DNA from: Ylistrum balloti
Taxonomy: Eukaryota
Length of the DNA stretch: 64,000 nucleotides
Reading direction: 5' to 3'
NCBI RefSeq assembly: GCF_031769215.1
Contig: NW_026782979.1
Location: forward strand, 1-64,000
Of this stretch, positions 20,544 to 29,377 are shown piece after piece. The position numbers and the translations under genes are program-made. Each line of letters opens with the position of its first letter. Positions within the stretch are counted from its first letter, which is position 1. The notes under the pieces were generated by a model. The model made no database searches, had not been told where the DNA came from, and worked only from the letters and a program-made list of their open reading frames with translations.

Positions 20544-20872
20544 TTAAGAAGGAAAGAATTGGTATTAGCCCAAAAAAAGAGTGTATATGAAACAAGAACG
20601 ATAGCGCTTAAGGTAGAAAATGTTGTGCAGATATATTTGATTATATCGAAATAAAAATAAATGTTTTATAATCGACAACAAAACAATGACCAAAAGCAAT
20701 CAGCGTTGGTTTGCATAGTTATTTCCACATAAAGCACCACAAAACAAAGGTATTAGCCGCATAAAATAACTGATTGTATCGTGCTTTTGTTTATGCAGAA
20801 ATGAAAATTGTAGTATATCGTTTAATACGAATCAACTGTGCTTGTTGTTTTACAGCTTTAGGACAAGTTTCA

Positions 20873-21209
20873 ATGGCACTTATGGCCGCACTTTCAAGAC
20901 CATCAATAATAGATACTGCTGTTGATAGATATCTAGCTTTTTTGAGTTGTTTTTCTGCTAATTCAAGTGGTGTTTCGTTTTTTCCTCGCCTATCACATTC
21001 TTGTTGTATTCCGTTGTTAGGTCTAGCCAGGCTGCGCCATCTTCGCTTAGTGCAAGATTACCTGCGGGGAGATTGTCTGGAATATCAGGGGCTTCTATCC
21101 AGCCTTCTTCTTTTGTTTTAATTTCCTCATAAAGAGCTTTAGCATTTTCTAATTGTTCTTTATTAATTAGACCTATCAGCTTTCTGTCTTTATCTAACCT
21201 GACGTACAT
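20873..21209 (-). pseudogene. Tail-fibre assembly/chaperone-like gene, frameshifted and truncated by IS3
   Basis: GGAGG RBS then ATG 21209 (MYVRLDKD...). The -1 frame continues QQECDRRGKNETPLELAEKQLKKARYLSTAVSIIDGLESAAISAI up to the IS IRR. Confidence 0.55.
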
Positions 21210-21211
21210 TG

Positions 21212-21823
21212 CTATACCTCCCTTTGAAGCAGCATGAAAGACCAATCCGTCAATGCCTGTGCCCCCGCAGTGGTGTGAATATTAATTTGAAATTCTCCGT
21301 CTTCATTTCGAGGATTAGCTACCCTGTACGCATTAGTTAACCTTACAAAATTCAAATGAGTAGCTATGATAATCATATTGTTTAAATCGTAACTAACGCC
21401 CATAGTCGGAAGTTTTATGCGATAAAAATCAGCCGACGAAGCTCTTCGAATCTGTATTGCTGTTGAAGACAAAAGAAAAGGGCTAGAGTTTCTAAACACA
21501 AACGATGAGCCGCTTGGAACAACAACCGGATAAGGATTTACCAAGCTCACGTTACTTGCAGCATTTGCCTGACTTTCTACAGAGGTTGCTGCCCAAATAT
21601 ATAAATGATTTGCAATAGCTGTCTCTATTTGTTGATTTGTTTTTTGCTCAATCGCATCATCTAATTGCGATGAACTACCATCTGGCGTTAAGCCTTGATT
21701 AATAATGACCTGATCGTTCTGTTTCGCGCGACCACCTACTGCATTAAGCCAATCGGCTGTAATAACAGTTGGCAGGTCTCCCGTCATTGGATCACCTTCA
21801 GAAAACTCTGTATCCAGTGTCAT
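21212..21823 (-). CDS. Short tail fibre protein (Mu gp49-like N-terminus)
   Basis: FSEGDP..G..PTVITADWLNA...QGLTPD..SQLDDAI is the typical fibre anchor; position after gp48. Confidence 0.75.
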   Translation of the reverse strand: MTLDTEFSEGDPMTGDLPTVITADWLNAVGGRAKQNDQVIINQGLTPDGSSSQLDDAIEQKTNQQIETAIANHLYIWAATSVESQANAASNVSLVNPYPVVVPSGSSFVFRNSSPFLLSSTAIQIRRASSADFYRIKLPTMGVSYDLNNMIIIATHLNFVRLTNAYRVANPRNEDGEFQINIHTTAGAQALTDWSFMLLQREV

Positions 21824-22389
21824 AATGCTTCCCTCACATCATCGGTAAAACGATAAATAAAATTGACATGTCTCTGTTTTAAACGTTCAAAACTGCACAT
21901 AAGCAAAGATGCCAACGCAGTACCTCGTAAGACATCATCGATATCCAAAAAACAAACATAAGGCCAATTACCGCTATAAACACGACTACCAGCAACAGCA
22001 TGTCCAGCTTGCGCATTACGAATGGGATAAAAAACAACATCAAGTCCTAACTGTCTGGCAATCTCACGTAAATCAGAAATACTTTTATAACCCTTATTTT
22101 CTAGAAAGCGAGACGCAACTAATCCTTGTCGCTCGCTTAACGTCAGTCCTTCTGGTGTACAGGCATCTGGTAAACCCAACTCTGATTCCCATTCTGACAA
22201 TAGATCAATCGCACGACCTGGTTCAATATTGCTAAGCAAGAGCTCTACTAATTCATCAATGCGACCAAATCCAGGAGCTAACCCATCAAAGACCTGATCA
22301 CGCACACTGCCAGGTCTAACTTCCAAAGCCTTACCCGGTGGCCACAGATCTAATAAGACCTCTTTCCATCTGGCTGTGTACTTACTCAT
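21820..22389 (-). CDS. Baseplate protein gp48-like (YmfQ/DUF2313)
   Basis: LWPPGKA, LLSEWESELGLPDAC, LMCSFERLK. Confidence 0.9.
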   Translation of the reverse strand: MSKYTARWKEVLLDLWPPGKALEVRPGSVRDQVFDGLAPGFGRIDELVELLLSNIEPGRAIDLLSEWESELGLPDACTPEGLTLSERQGLVASRFLENKGYKSISDLREIARQLGLDVVFYPIRNAQAGHAVAGSRVYSGNWPYVCFLDIDDVLRGTALASLLMCSFERLKQRHVNFIYRFTDDVREAL

Positions 22390-23441
22390 AAACTGCTATA
22401 TGCCGGTGTTCCCAGTCCACCAATTTGACCAGGCCCATAGGTTAGTTCAGTTCCTGTTGGACTAGTCAGCACATGAGAAAATTCACCTGGTGCATTACTA
22501 ATAACCTGACTAATACGACTAATGGCCAAGGTACTATTTGGTATTGCTTCACGATAAAGTAAATCTGTTAACGCATCGGTAACAGCTGCTTGAACTTCTG
22601 GTGTATTAGGATTTAATTGTATTTGCGGATTAAGCGGTATCAGACTTGGTGCTAGTACATACAAATTATCGGGATGCAGCGTCGGTGGTGCTTTACTTAA
22701 GAGGTGTTCCCTAACTGCTAAAACCTCAGCTACATCAGGAATAAAGTTACTGTCACCATCTCGTACAAACGTAAGACCAACTGTACCAACACCTTGAATA
22801 AAAGATGTAAACCAAGCCCGCGTTACTCCTGCAACCTCTTTAGCAAAGGCAACATAATCTTCGCTACCTTCCTGACGACGTTCAGCCAAAATTCTCGCTC
22901 GCCAAGCTTCTTTATCTTCTAGTTCAATACCATCAATAACACTACTAACAGTTGCTTGATTATCAATACCTGCTTGCGGGCTCGTTAAGTTAAGCACACT
23001 ACCGACTGCAATATTGCCAGCAGTACCAACCGTTTCTGCAATGACTCGAACGACAGAGCTACTGCTAGCATCCAAAATAAGACCCGCTTGCATTGCATAA
23101 CGGATACCGTTTGAACTTTGCCAGATTGATGTTTCAGGTAAAGAGGCTCCCTCGCTCCCAGTTACGGTAATATCAATCTGTGCATAGGTTGGGCCAAGTC
23201 GCTCAACTTGCTCCCTGCTGGCATGAAGATACAAATATTCTTCATCTGCTGTCTTGGCAAATAGTTGTTTCGCTGTCTGATCAATTAGTTTGTAACTAAG
23301 GCTGTGCGCCAGTCCAAGCGTTACAGGTAAAATCCGTAATGTGCTTACAGGTAGTAATGGATTATTATCTGTTACCGCTGTTTCAATATCAGCAGTAATT
23401 GTATCAATCGTCTCTTGTTCTGTGGGTATGGGTAACGTCAC
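22386..23441 (-). CDS. Baseplate J / gp47-like
   Basis: TADEEYL, GTAGN, EAWRARIL, VAGVTRAW, GVGTVGLTF. Confidence 0.92.
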   Translation of the reverse strand: MTLPIPTEQETIDTITADIETAVTDNNPLLPVSTLRILPVTLGLAHSLSYKLIDQTAKQLFAKTADEEYLYLHASREQVERLGPTYAQIDITVTGSEGASLPETSIWQSSNGIRYAMQAGLILDASSSSVVRVIAETVGTAGNIAVGSVLNLTSPQAGIDNQATVSSVIDGIELEDKEAWRARILAERRQEGSEDYVAFAKEVAGVTRAWFTSFIQGVGTVGLTFVRDGDSNFIPDVAEVLAVREHLLSKAPPTLHPDNLYVLAPSLIPLNPQIQLNPNTPEVQAAVTDALTDLLYREAIPNSTLAISRISQVISNAPGEFSHVLTSPTGTELTYGPGQIGGLGTPAYSSL

Positions 23442-23493
23442 TTTAAATCTACTTTAAACCTTGTTTCAATCGTACTTAAATCATCTTTAAATC
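23439..23493 (-). repeat. Five tandem degenerate 11-bp units in the gp46-gp47 gap
   Basis: GATTTAAAGAT / GATTTAAGTAC / GATTGAAACAA / GGTTTAAAGTA / GATTTAAAGTG. Confidence 0.75.
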
Positions 23494-23948
23494 TGGTTCC
23501 AAAAATCAGGAAATCGTAATTTTAATGGTGCATCCTGATTTCGTTTAATCGTAATCATCAAATCAACCGTATTGGTATCAATACGTCTTAACTCTACAAA
23601 AACAGACGCAATAATCTTACGCTCAACCATCCAGTCCAGTGATTGTATTGCGTAGGTTTTAGCACGTACAATGTTATCTGCTGACAATTCCAGACCACGC
23701 AGTTTCCATAATTTTGAACCAACCGTCGCAACACCATTAATTGTTGGTGCATTTTTTAGATACTCAGTTCCTACCCAGCCACGAGGATCATCGCCCAAGC
23801 GACGTAAATTTTCTGACTCTTCTCTTGCGTCAAGAAATAGACTATTAAGTACAGCCTCAAGAATACCTGGTGCTGTACTTAAATCACCATCAACTAAAAC
23901 CCAGTCCGTGCTAGTACCGCTGTCGATAACTGTTTGCAAGTCACTCAT
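23487..23948 (-). CDS. Baseplate gp46-like
   Basis: AVLNSLFLD, PRGWVG, GSKLWKL, YAIQSLDWMV. Confidence 0.9.
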   Translation of the reverse strand: MSDLQTVIDSGTSTDWVLVDGDLSTAPGILEAVLNSLFLDAREESENLRRLGDDPRGWVGTEYLKNAPTINGVATVGSKLWKLRGLELSADNIVRAKTYAIQSLDWMVERKIIASVFVELRRIDTNTVDLMITIKRNQDAPLKLRFPDFWNQI

Positions 23949-24457
23949 TGCGGCACATCCGTAGTTCTTGACACATCAGGAGAAGTTGCATCAGGCTTAT
24001 CCAGGTAGCTATGTACATGTCCGACTAAGCTAATACCGCTAGCTATAACATCACCCGTTGCATTCAGGTCACCAATAACATTGACTACCTGACCACCTTT
24101 TGGCTTTAACTCAATCGAACCATCTTGCTTGAGATACACTTCCTGACCATACATCGTGTACATTATTGTTTCGCCAGATTTTTTATTTTTTGGTCGATGA
24201 TCACCATGGCTATCACCAAACACACGACCAAGCGCGCGATTACCAAAGACCGCAGCAAATAACGCATGTGTTCCTTTTGGTGGCACACTGTCAAACCCAT
24301 AACTTTGAAACCGTTCAACCCAGGGCATTGTCTCGCCATTTAACAGCTTTAGCATGACCTTTTGAATACCAAGACTATCATCAACATTAATAATCTCTCC
24401 CAGGCTAATGAGAGATCTTAATTTACGGGCAATCATCTCACGGATAAGACGATTCAT
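23945..24457 (-). CDS. Baseplate spike gp45-like
   Basis: VERFQSYGFDSVP, GETIMY, GISLVGHVH (metal-binding HxH tip). Confidence 0.9.
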   Translation of the reverse strand: MNRLIREMIARKLRSLISLGEIINVDDSLGIQKVMLKLLNGETMPWVERFQSYGFDSVPPKGTHALFAAVFGNRALGRVFGDSHGDHRPKNKKSGETIMYTMYGQEVYLKQDGSIELKPKGGQVVNVIGDLNATGDVIASGISLVGHVHSYLDKPDATSPDVSRTTDVPQ

Positions 24458-25506
24458 AAGGCACCCCAGCCACTACTTTTTGCCTCAACAATAGGCTGCG
24501 TACTAAACGCATCTTTACTTGTTAATGTTAATTTTGTGCTATGTCCTGCAGGATCATCACCACTTGTATCTGTTGCGTCCTGGTAGACAAACTCAACACT
24601 ACGAATCAAGAGTTGCTCTTGATCTAAATCTAGCTCACTGTCTGTAACAGCAATTAATGCATTTGGTTGCCATAGCTTGCCATGACCATCTAGCCAACCT
24701 CTTACGGTATAGACAATAACATCACTGCTAGCACCTTGGCTTAACTCCCAGGATGCCCGCTCATCAAAATCTTGTTGATTGCTACCACCCTCAGCTAGTA
24801 TTGTTCGTGGTCGCATTCGCGACACTGTTGGATCAAAGCGATGTGCTTTTAAATCGCGCGTTTGTTTATTGCCCCAAGTACCACTACCGCTACCGATAAT
24901 GTAATAGTCGCTAAAGCGACCTGTTTCATCAAAGACAGCTTCGCGACTAAGTACGTTATCACCAAATTTAAGGTGCGCACCACTATCATACCTACCTGCA
25001 CGTGTTGCAACGACTTGACCTTGCGGGCTTGTGGTTAAGATTAATTTACGAAACCGTGCTAACCGCTCCAATGCTTCAAAGGTACGTTCCCCTGGTTCAA
25101 CAGAAAACTGCTCAAACGGTTCTCCGATAAATACTTCTGTTTGTAACTCTAAACTGTAAGGTGCCAGTAACGCCTCTGCGATCTGAATAAAATTCTGTTG
25201 TTTAAAATGGTAATTTTCATAAAGCGGAGAACAGTAAACAATATCTGCTGTAATGCTACGACCAGAAAGCGTAATCGTTCGTGTTGTCTCTGTTGCTTTA
25301 AGGTTAATGGCACTTACATGTCCGGTTAGCACAATCTTGTCTTGATAATAGAGTTTGCAGGCAGTGCCTCGCTTAACACGAAAGTCACTACTGCTAGCAA
25401 CTGTAATTTCAAACTGTGAAAACACGCCACGCAAATCTTGACGAATCCGTATGCTTTGCCAGCCTAAATACTTTTGGCCTCCAAGATGTAGCGACAGATC
25501 ACTCAT
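24454..25506 (-). CDS. Baseplate hub gp44 (Mu P)-like
   Basis: GWQSIRI, GRSITADIVYCS, VEPGERTFEAL, RFSDY, LWQPN. Confidence 0.9.
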   Translation of the reverse strand: MSDLSLHLGGQKYLGWQSIRIRQDLRGVFSQFEITVASSSDFRVKRGTACKLYYQDKIVLTGHVSAINLKATETTRTITLSGRSITADIVYCSPLYENYHFKQQNFIQIAEALLAPYSLELQTEVFIGEPFEQFSVEPGERTFEALERLARFRKLILTTSPQGQVVATRAGRYDSGAHLKFGDNVLSREAVFDETGRFSDYYIIGSGSGTWGNKQTRDLKAHRFDPTVSRMRPRTILAEGGSNQQDFDERASWELSQGASSDVIVYTVRGWLDGHGKLWQPNALIAVTDSELDLDQEQLLIRSVEFVYQDATDTSGDDPAGHSTKLTLTSKDAFSTQPIVEAKSSGWGAL

Positions 25507-26702
25507 GCTGCTTCTACCAGTAGTTCCAGATCGCCACTAGGTACTAAAGCTGGATGTGGTACTTGATTACGTTTAATAATTTCTGTCATACGTGATGCTT
25601 GACCTAAATAACGGTAGGCCACGCTGTAGGCATTGGTTGTTTTACGTAACGGTACATAAACAACCTGCGGTAATTTTGCTGCCCGCTGAATCAAATCCTG
25701 AACAACAGCTCTTTTTAACGCATGTAATGCTTGAAACACATCAATATCAGTAGAGCTACGACCACCAACACCAAGCAGTCTATCGATCTGACTAGCTAGC
25801 AATCGACGATCACTATCTGCCTGATCAGCACTTAAGTAGCTAGCCTGACTGCTAGCCTCTGCTGCAGCAATAACCGCTAACCGCTGGATGTAGATATCGA
25901 GCGTGTTTTTTGCAGCTTGTTCTTGTCTTAAGCTTTCAGTTGCACTACCAGGGTCAGGAACATCGCTGCCAAACTCAAATAACGATACATACTCACGTAC
26001 CGCCTCATAAGGTGTTTCTGCCAAACTTTCAATACTTCTTAAAGTCGTTAATAGCCCGCCCGCTGGGGCGTCAGGCTGAGCTAGTAGTGTTGGGACACTA
26101 CTAGTTAACCGCTCAATATCAAAACGGAAGCTAGCAATTTTATCTTGCGCTGTTTGTAGTGGTGAGCCGATGTTACTGATGGCATTAATAGCTCGTGTAA
26201 TGTGGGTAGCTAAACTCTCTCGTACAGATTCTGGTGCGTCACTAGTATCCAAATTCTTAATAAAATCTTCTCGTGCTTTGATGTGGGCATCTGCTGCGAC
26301 AGTCTCTACTTGGGCGGTTGTATTGTCTATGGCAACAAGACTAGGCTGCTCTCTTGCCTTAACACAGCTAATCTCAAAATCAGCACGTCGTTGTTTGGTA
26401 AACTCGTGACGGATACGATAGGTTTTTATTTCAACCTGCATGAGTCCGTAATGAGGATGACGTAGCTCTCCTGGGCCACCTATTGCGAGTGCTTCGATCA
26501 ATGTATCTCGTTGCGTATCAAAGTCACTACCAACAACAAATGCCTGAAAACTAAATTCATCAGGACTCTTTCCCCAATGTTTTGTACTATGACGATTGCT
26601 ATTTGGATAGGTATCTAAAAGTAGTCGATGCTCACAGCCTCGATCATCTCCTGCAACTTGAAACGCGACCCCTCGAAATGTGCCAGTTAACTCAAACCCC
26701 AT
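25503..26702 (-). CDS. DNA circularisation protein gp43 (Mu N)-like
   Basis: GTFRGVAFQV, GPGELRHPHYG, AYRYLG...IIKRNQVPHP. Confidence 0.9.
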   Translation of the reverse strand: MGFELTGTFRGVAFQVAGDDRGCEHRLLLDTYPNSNRHSTKHWGKSPDEFSFQAFVVGSDFDTQRDTLIEALAIGGPGELRHPHYGLMQVEIKTYRIRHEFTKQRRADFEISCVKAREQPSLVAIDNTTAQVETVAADAHIKAREDFIKNLDTSDAPESVRESLATHITRAINAISNIGSPLQTAQDKIASFRFDIERLTSSVPTLLAQPDAPAGGLLTTLRSIESLAETPYEAVREYVSLFEFGSDVPDPGSATESLRQEQAAKNTLDIYIQRLAVIAAAEASSQASYLSADQADSDRRLLASQIDRLLGVGGRSSTDIDVFQALHALKRAVVQDLIQRAAKLPQVVYVPLRKTTNAYSVAYRYLGQASRMTEIIKRNQVPHPALVPSGDLELLVEAA

Positions 26703-28465
26703 TATGGCACCGAAAGTCCAAAGCCAGTGGTTAAATCTAAATTATCTGCTTGCGTTACATTGACGCGCGTACCCGCGGGTGCATTGTTAAAATTAACATC
26801 TATTGAGCCTTTAACTTTTTCTGTGTTTTGCCCAGCCCCAACAATAGCAGCATCAATAGTATCTGATAAAAAACTCTCAATAATTGAGCCGACAACAAAA
26901 CCAGCCGCAGTCCCAGCACCAGGCACAACAGACCCAAGACCTGCGCCAATAAGTGGTATTACACCTTTCGTAAGACTGCTATACATTTTTTGATCTGGTG
27001 ATAGGTTGTCATTTTGATGCGTAGCATACAGATCACCAAGCACACTCATTACTGCTAGTGGTGCCGATGCTTTTTTTAAAAACTTGCCAGCACGACCAAG
27101 GATGCCAGGCTTAACTTGTCTTGGCACATCCAATAGATCATTTAATGTTTTTGTTGTTTGTGTCGGTGCTGATTTAGGGAAAACTTTACCAGCTAGACGC
27201 TTTAAGCCAATGACAGCAACAGCTCCCCCAACACCCGCAAGACCAACAGCAGCAGGAGCAGCAACATTACTTAACCCAACAGAATCATCAACAGCATCTA
27301 GGGCGTCACTTGCACCCTCAACAAGAGGCTTAAATACTGCTTGCGTAAATTCTTGCACAGCTGTTGTGGCCTGTTGAATTGCTGCAGAAAACTTGCGGCT
27401 ATTATGTGCTGATAACTCGATTAAGTGACTACCATTGTCAATGGTATTAAAAATCGCCTCAGTCTTTGGTGTGAATTTTCGTAATTTTAGATCAAATTCC
27501 TTAGCAAACTGTTGTACGGGTTTTGCCGCTCTTGTTTCTGGAAATAGATATCCTATTTTGACAGAGTCTTTTTTAGTAACAATCAGAATGTCGCGCAAAA
27601 TATCTTTAAGCGACCTAAACACCTGAGTGCCATCACTGTCAATACGTTCAACAAGTCCACGTCCTAGCTCATCTTTTAAAATTGTATCTATTTTTTCAAA
27701 TTGTTGATTCGTTAGAGAGTCAATTAAACGTTCAAATTGAGTCACCGCCTCCGTGGGTTCCCCAACACCGCCAGCAATAACCTGCATTACAGCACCGGTC
27801 TCTACTGCTGCCCCAACTCCTGTACGATTAAGAAGCCTTGCTGCAGCACCAATACGATTAGCATTGGCCGCCAGATGACTAATTTCAAATTGACCAGGAT
27901 CGGCTTGCGCAGCTAAGGTACTTGCTGCTGCTAGGCGATCTTGTTTGTTTTTAATCTTAAATGAGCTTTCAAGTCTATTAAGTAATGCGCCCGCATCTCT
28001 TCCAGCTGCATCTGCTGCTCGCATTAGAAAACCAGCTGTCCTTAATTCCTTAACCGCTTGCCTAACATCACCACCCTTGCTAAATACTTCTTCCAGAACG
28101 CCAAACAAATCATCAACACCAACTTTAATACGTTTATCATTTGCAACTGCAAATAATTCTTCATGCAGATCAGCAACTTCCTTTTTACTTAATCTCGCTT
28201 TACCAGCTAAATCAATTAAACGGTCACTTAAGCTACCTGCATCTTTAATGGCAGCCCCAACACCAACAGCAGAGACAAGTCCACTATAGCGATTACCTAA
28301 AACACTAAAGCCACGACCAATCGTTGCAGCAGCACGTCCAAGCATTGATGCTTGCGTACGTCCAACTCGTGCTAAACGTTGCATTGAAGCAATATCAGAT
28401 CGTGTTTGTCTACCGATATTACTAACAAGTGATAATTCTAAGCGTGTCTTTAAGTTAGATGTCAT
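26702..28465 (-). CDS. Tail tape measure protein
   Basis: Ala/Gly-rich helical protein, GQFEISHLA, position after the chaperone. Confidence 0.85.
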   Translation of the reverse strand: MTSNLKTRLELSLVSNIGRQTRSDIASMQRLARVGRTQASMLGRAAATIGRGFSVLGNRYSGLVSAVGVGAAIKDAGSLSDRLIDLAGKARLSKKEVADLHEELFAVANDKRIKVGVDDLFGVLEEVFSKGGDVRQAVKELRTAGFLMRAADAAGRDAGALLNRLESSFKIKNKQDRLAAASTLAAQADPGQFEISHLAANANRIGAAARLLNRTGVGAAVETGAVMQVIAGGVGEPTEAVTQFERLIDSLTNQQFEKIDTILKDELGRGLVERIDSDGTQVFRSLKDILRDILIVTKKDSVKIGYLFPETRAAKPVQQFAKEFDLKLRKFTPKTEAIFNTIDNGSHLIELSAHNSRKFSAAIQQATTAVQEFTQAVFKPLVEGASDALDAVDDSVGLSNVAAPAAVGLAGVGGAVAVIGLKRLAGKVFPKSAPTQTTKTLNDLLDVPRQVKPGILGRAGKFLKKASAPLAVMSVLGDLYATHQNDNLSPDQKMYSSLTKGVIPLIGAGLGSVVPGAGTAAGFVVGSIIESFLSDTIDAAIVGAGQNTEKVKGSIDVNFNNAPAGTRVNVTQADNLDLTTGFGLSVP

Positions 28466-29013
28466 TTACGGCCCTCGCGGCTTTGTAATCTCCCCCAAGA
28501 CCTCCTCAAATAACACGTAATCCATAACATCTACATCCTGCATCGCTAATCTTAATCGTCCTGCAACGACGTGTCTGGCTCGCTCAATGCCAAGGACGCG
28601 ACTGTCTCGGATAGGTACTTTCCCGCGCCAAGATCCTCTATCTTTCTAAGTGTTTCTTTGCGCTTGTCAGTATCTTTAATGCCCATAGCTTGATCAATTG
28701 CTAAACAGGTAAGCTCCAGCTCTCGTAAATCTTCTCCGTGCAGACGATCAAATACCTGTTGATCGATAGGCCCGTTAAGCTCACCAAGCTTAACAATACG
28801 CAGACGTGTTAATTCAAGATTAACTAGCCCATCATTTGCAACAGCACGATACCCGTCAGGCGTTTGGCATAACTGACTACCCGCATTTAAGGCTTGACGG
28901 ACATCACCAACAGTTCGATTACGTACAACTGTCTTGCTATAGATCTCTTTACCTTTTCCATGGGAGAGTTCTTGCTCAATACCAAAAGGTAGCTCTATGG
29001 TTACCGTAAGCAT
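28466..29013 (-). CDS. Tail assembly chaperone (stop at 28552) with -1 frameshift extension to 28466
   Basis: Probable start 29013 overlaps the tube stop (TAATG). GGGAAAG at 28618-28624 leads into an open -1 frame that ends TAA immediately before the TMP ATG. Confidence 0.75.
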
Positions 29014-29369
29014 TAGGAAATTTTTCCCCAGTGTGTACAAGCAATCTTGACTGGCACTTTACCACCTTGACCGTCCATTTCAGGCGATTCCCCATCACGC
29101 CAAGCACCAAACAGATTGTATATTTGACCTGTGTCGCAAATAAATTGAACCGTTGCTCCTGTAAAATCGAAGTCTGCTATGTCATCGCCAATACCATGCA
29201 AGAAGACCCCCTCAACGTAAGGCGTTGACGGTGTCTCAAAATAATCACTACGACCATTTGCAAGCTGAACCGCTTGACGATTTTTAAAGCCAGGATTAAA
29301 TCGGGCTGCAGGTTCAGAGTTAATAAAAATTCCATCTCTTTTTATCTCTATGGTTCCTGTTAACATCAT
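29013..29369 (-). CDS. Tail tube protein (Mu gp40/M-like)
   Basis: 118 aa, follows the sheath; ATVQFICDTGQIY...AW...GKVPVKI. Confidence 0.85.
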   Translation of the reverse strand: MMLTGTIEIKRDGIFINSEPAARFNPGFKNRQAVQLANGRSDYFETPSTPYVEGVFLHGIGDDIADFDFTGATVQFICDTGQIYNLFGAWRDGESPEMDGQGGKVPVKIACTHWGKIS

Positions 29370-29377
29370 CTACCTCA

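Larger units (their letters stand above)
19512..20872 (+). mobile_element. IS3-family insertion sequence, degenerate 3' part
   Basis: IRL TGGAGTTACCCTAAAGCTGTAGACAC (19512-19537). IRR read inward TGAAACTTGTCCTAAAGCTGTAAAAC (ends 20872). The two share CCTAAAGCTGTA. orfA/orfB present. Flanks ATT and ATG do not form a target duplication. Confidence 0.85.

Noticed and set aside
20555-20561. AGAAT followed by TG, matching the 5 bp after the putative left end (56421-56425) as a possible Mu target duplication
   Set aside because: It lies inside IS3 orfB-derived sequence (KKERI codons) within the IS IRs; likely chance.
20774-21121. Plus-strand 115-aa ORF
   Set aside because: Antisense to the phage chaperone frame and spans the IS IRR.
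20873-21823. Invertible tail-fibre (G-segment) system
   Set aside because: No invertase gene, second fibre cassette or flanking inverted repeats are visible; any such region would lie in the deleted part.
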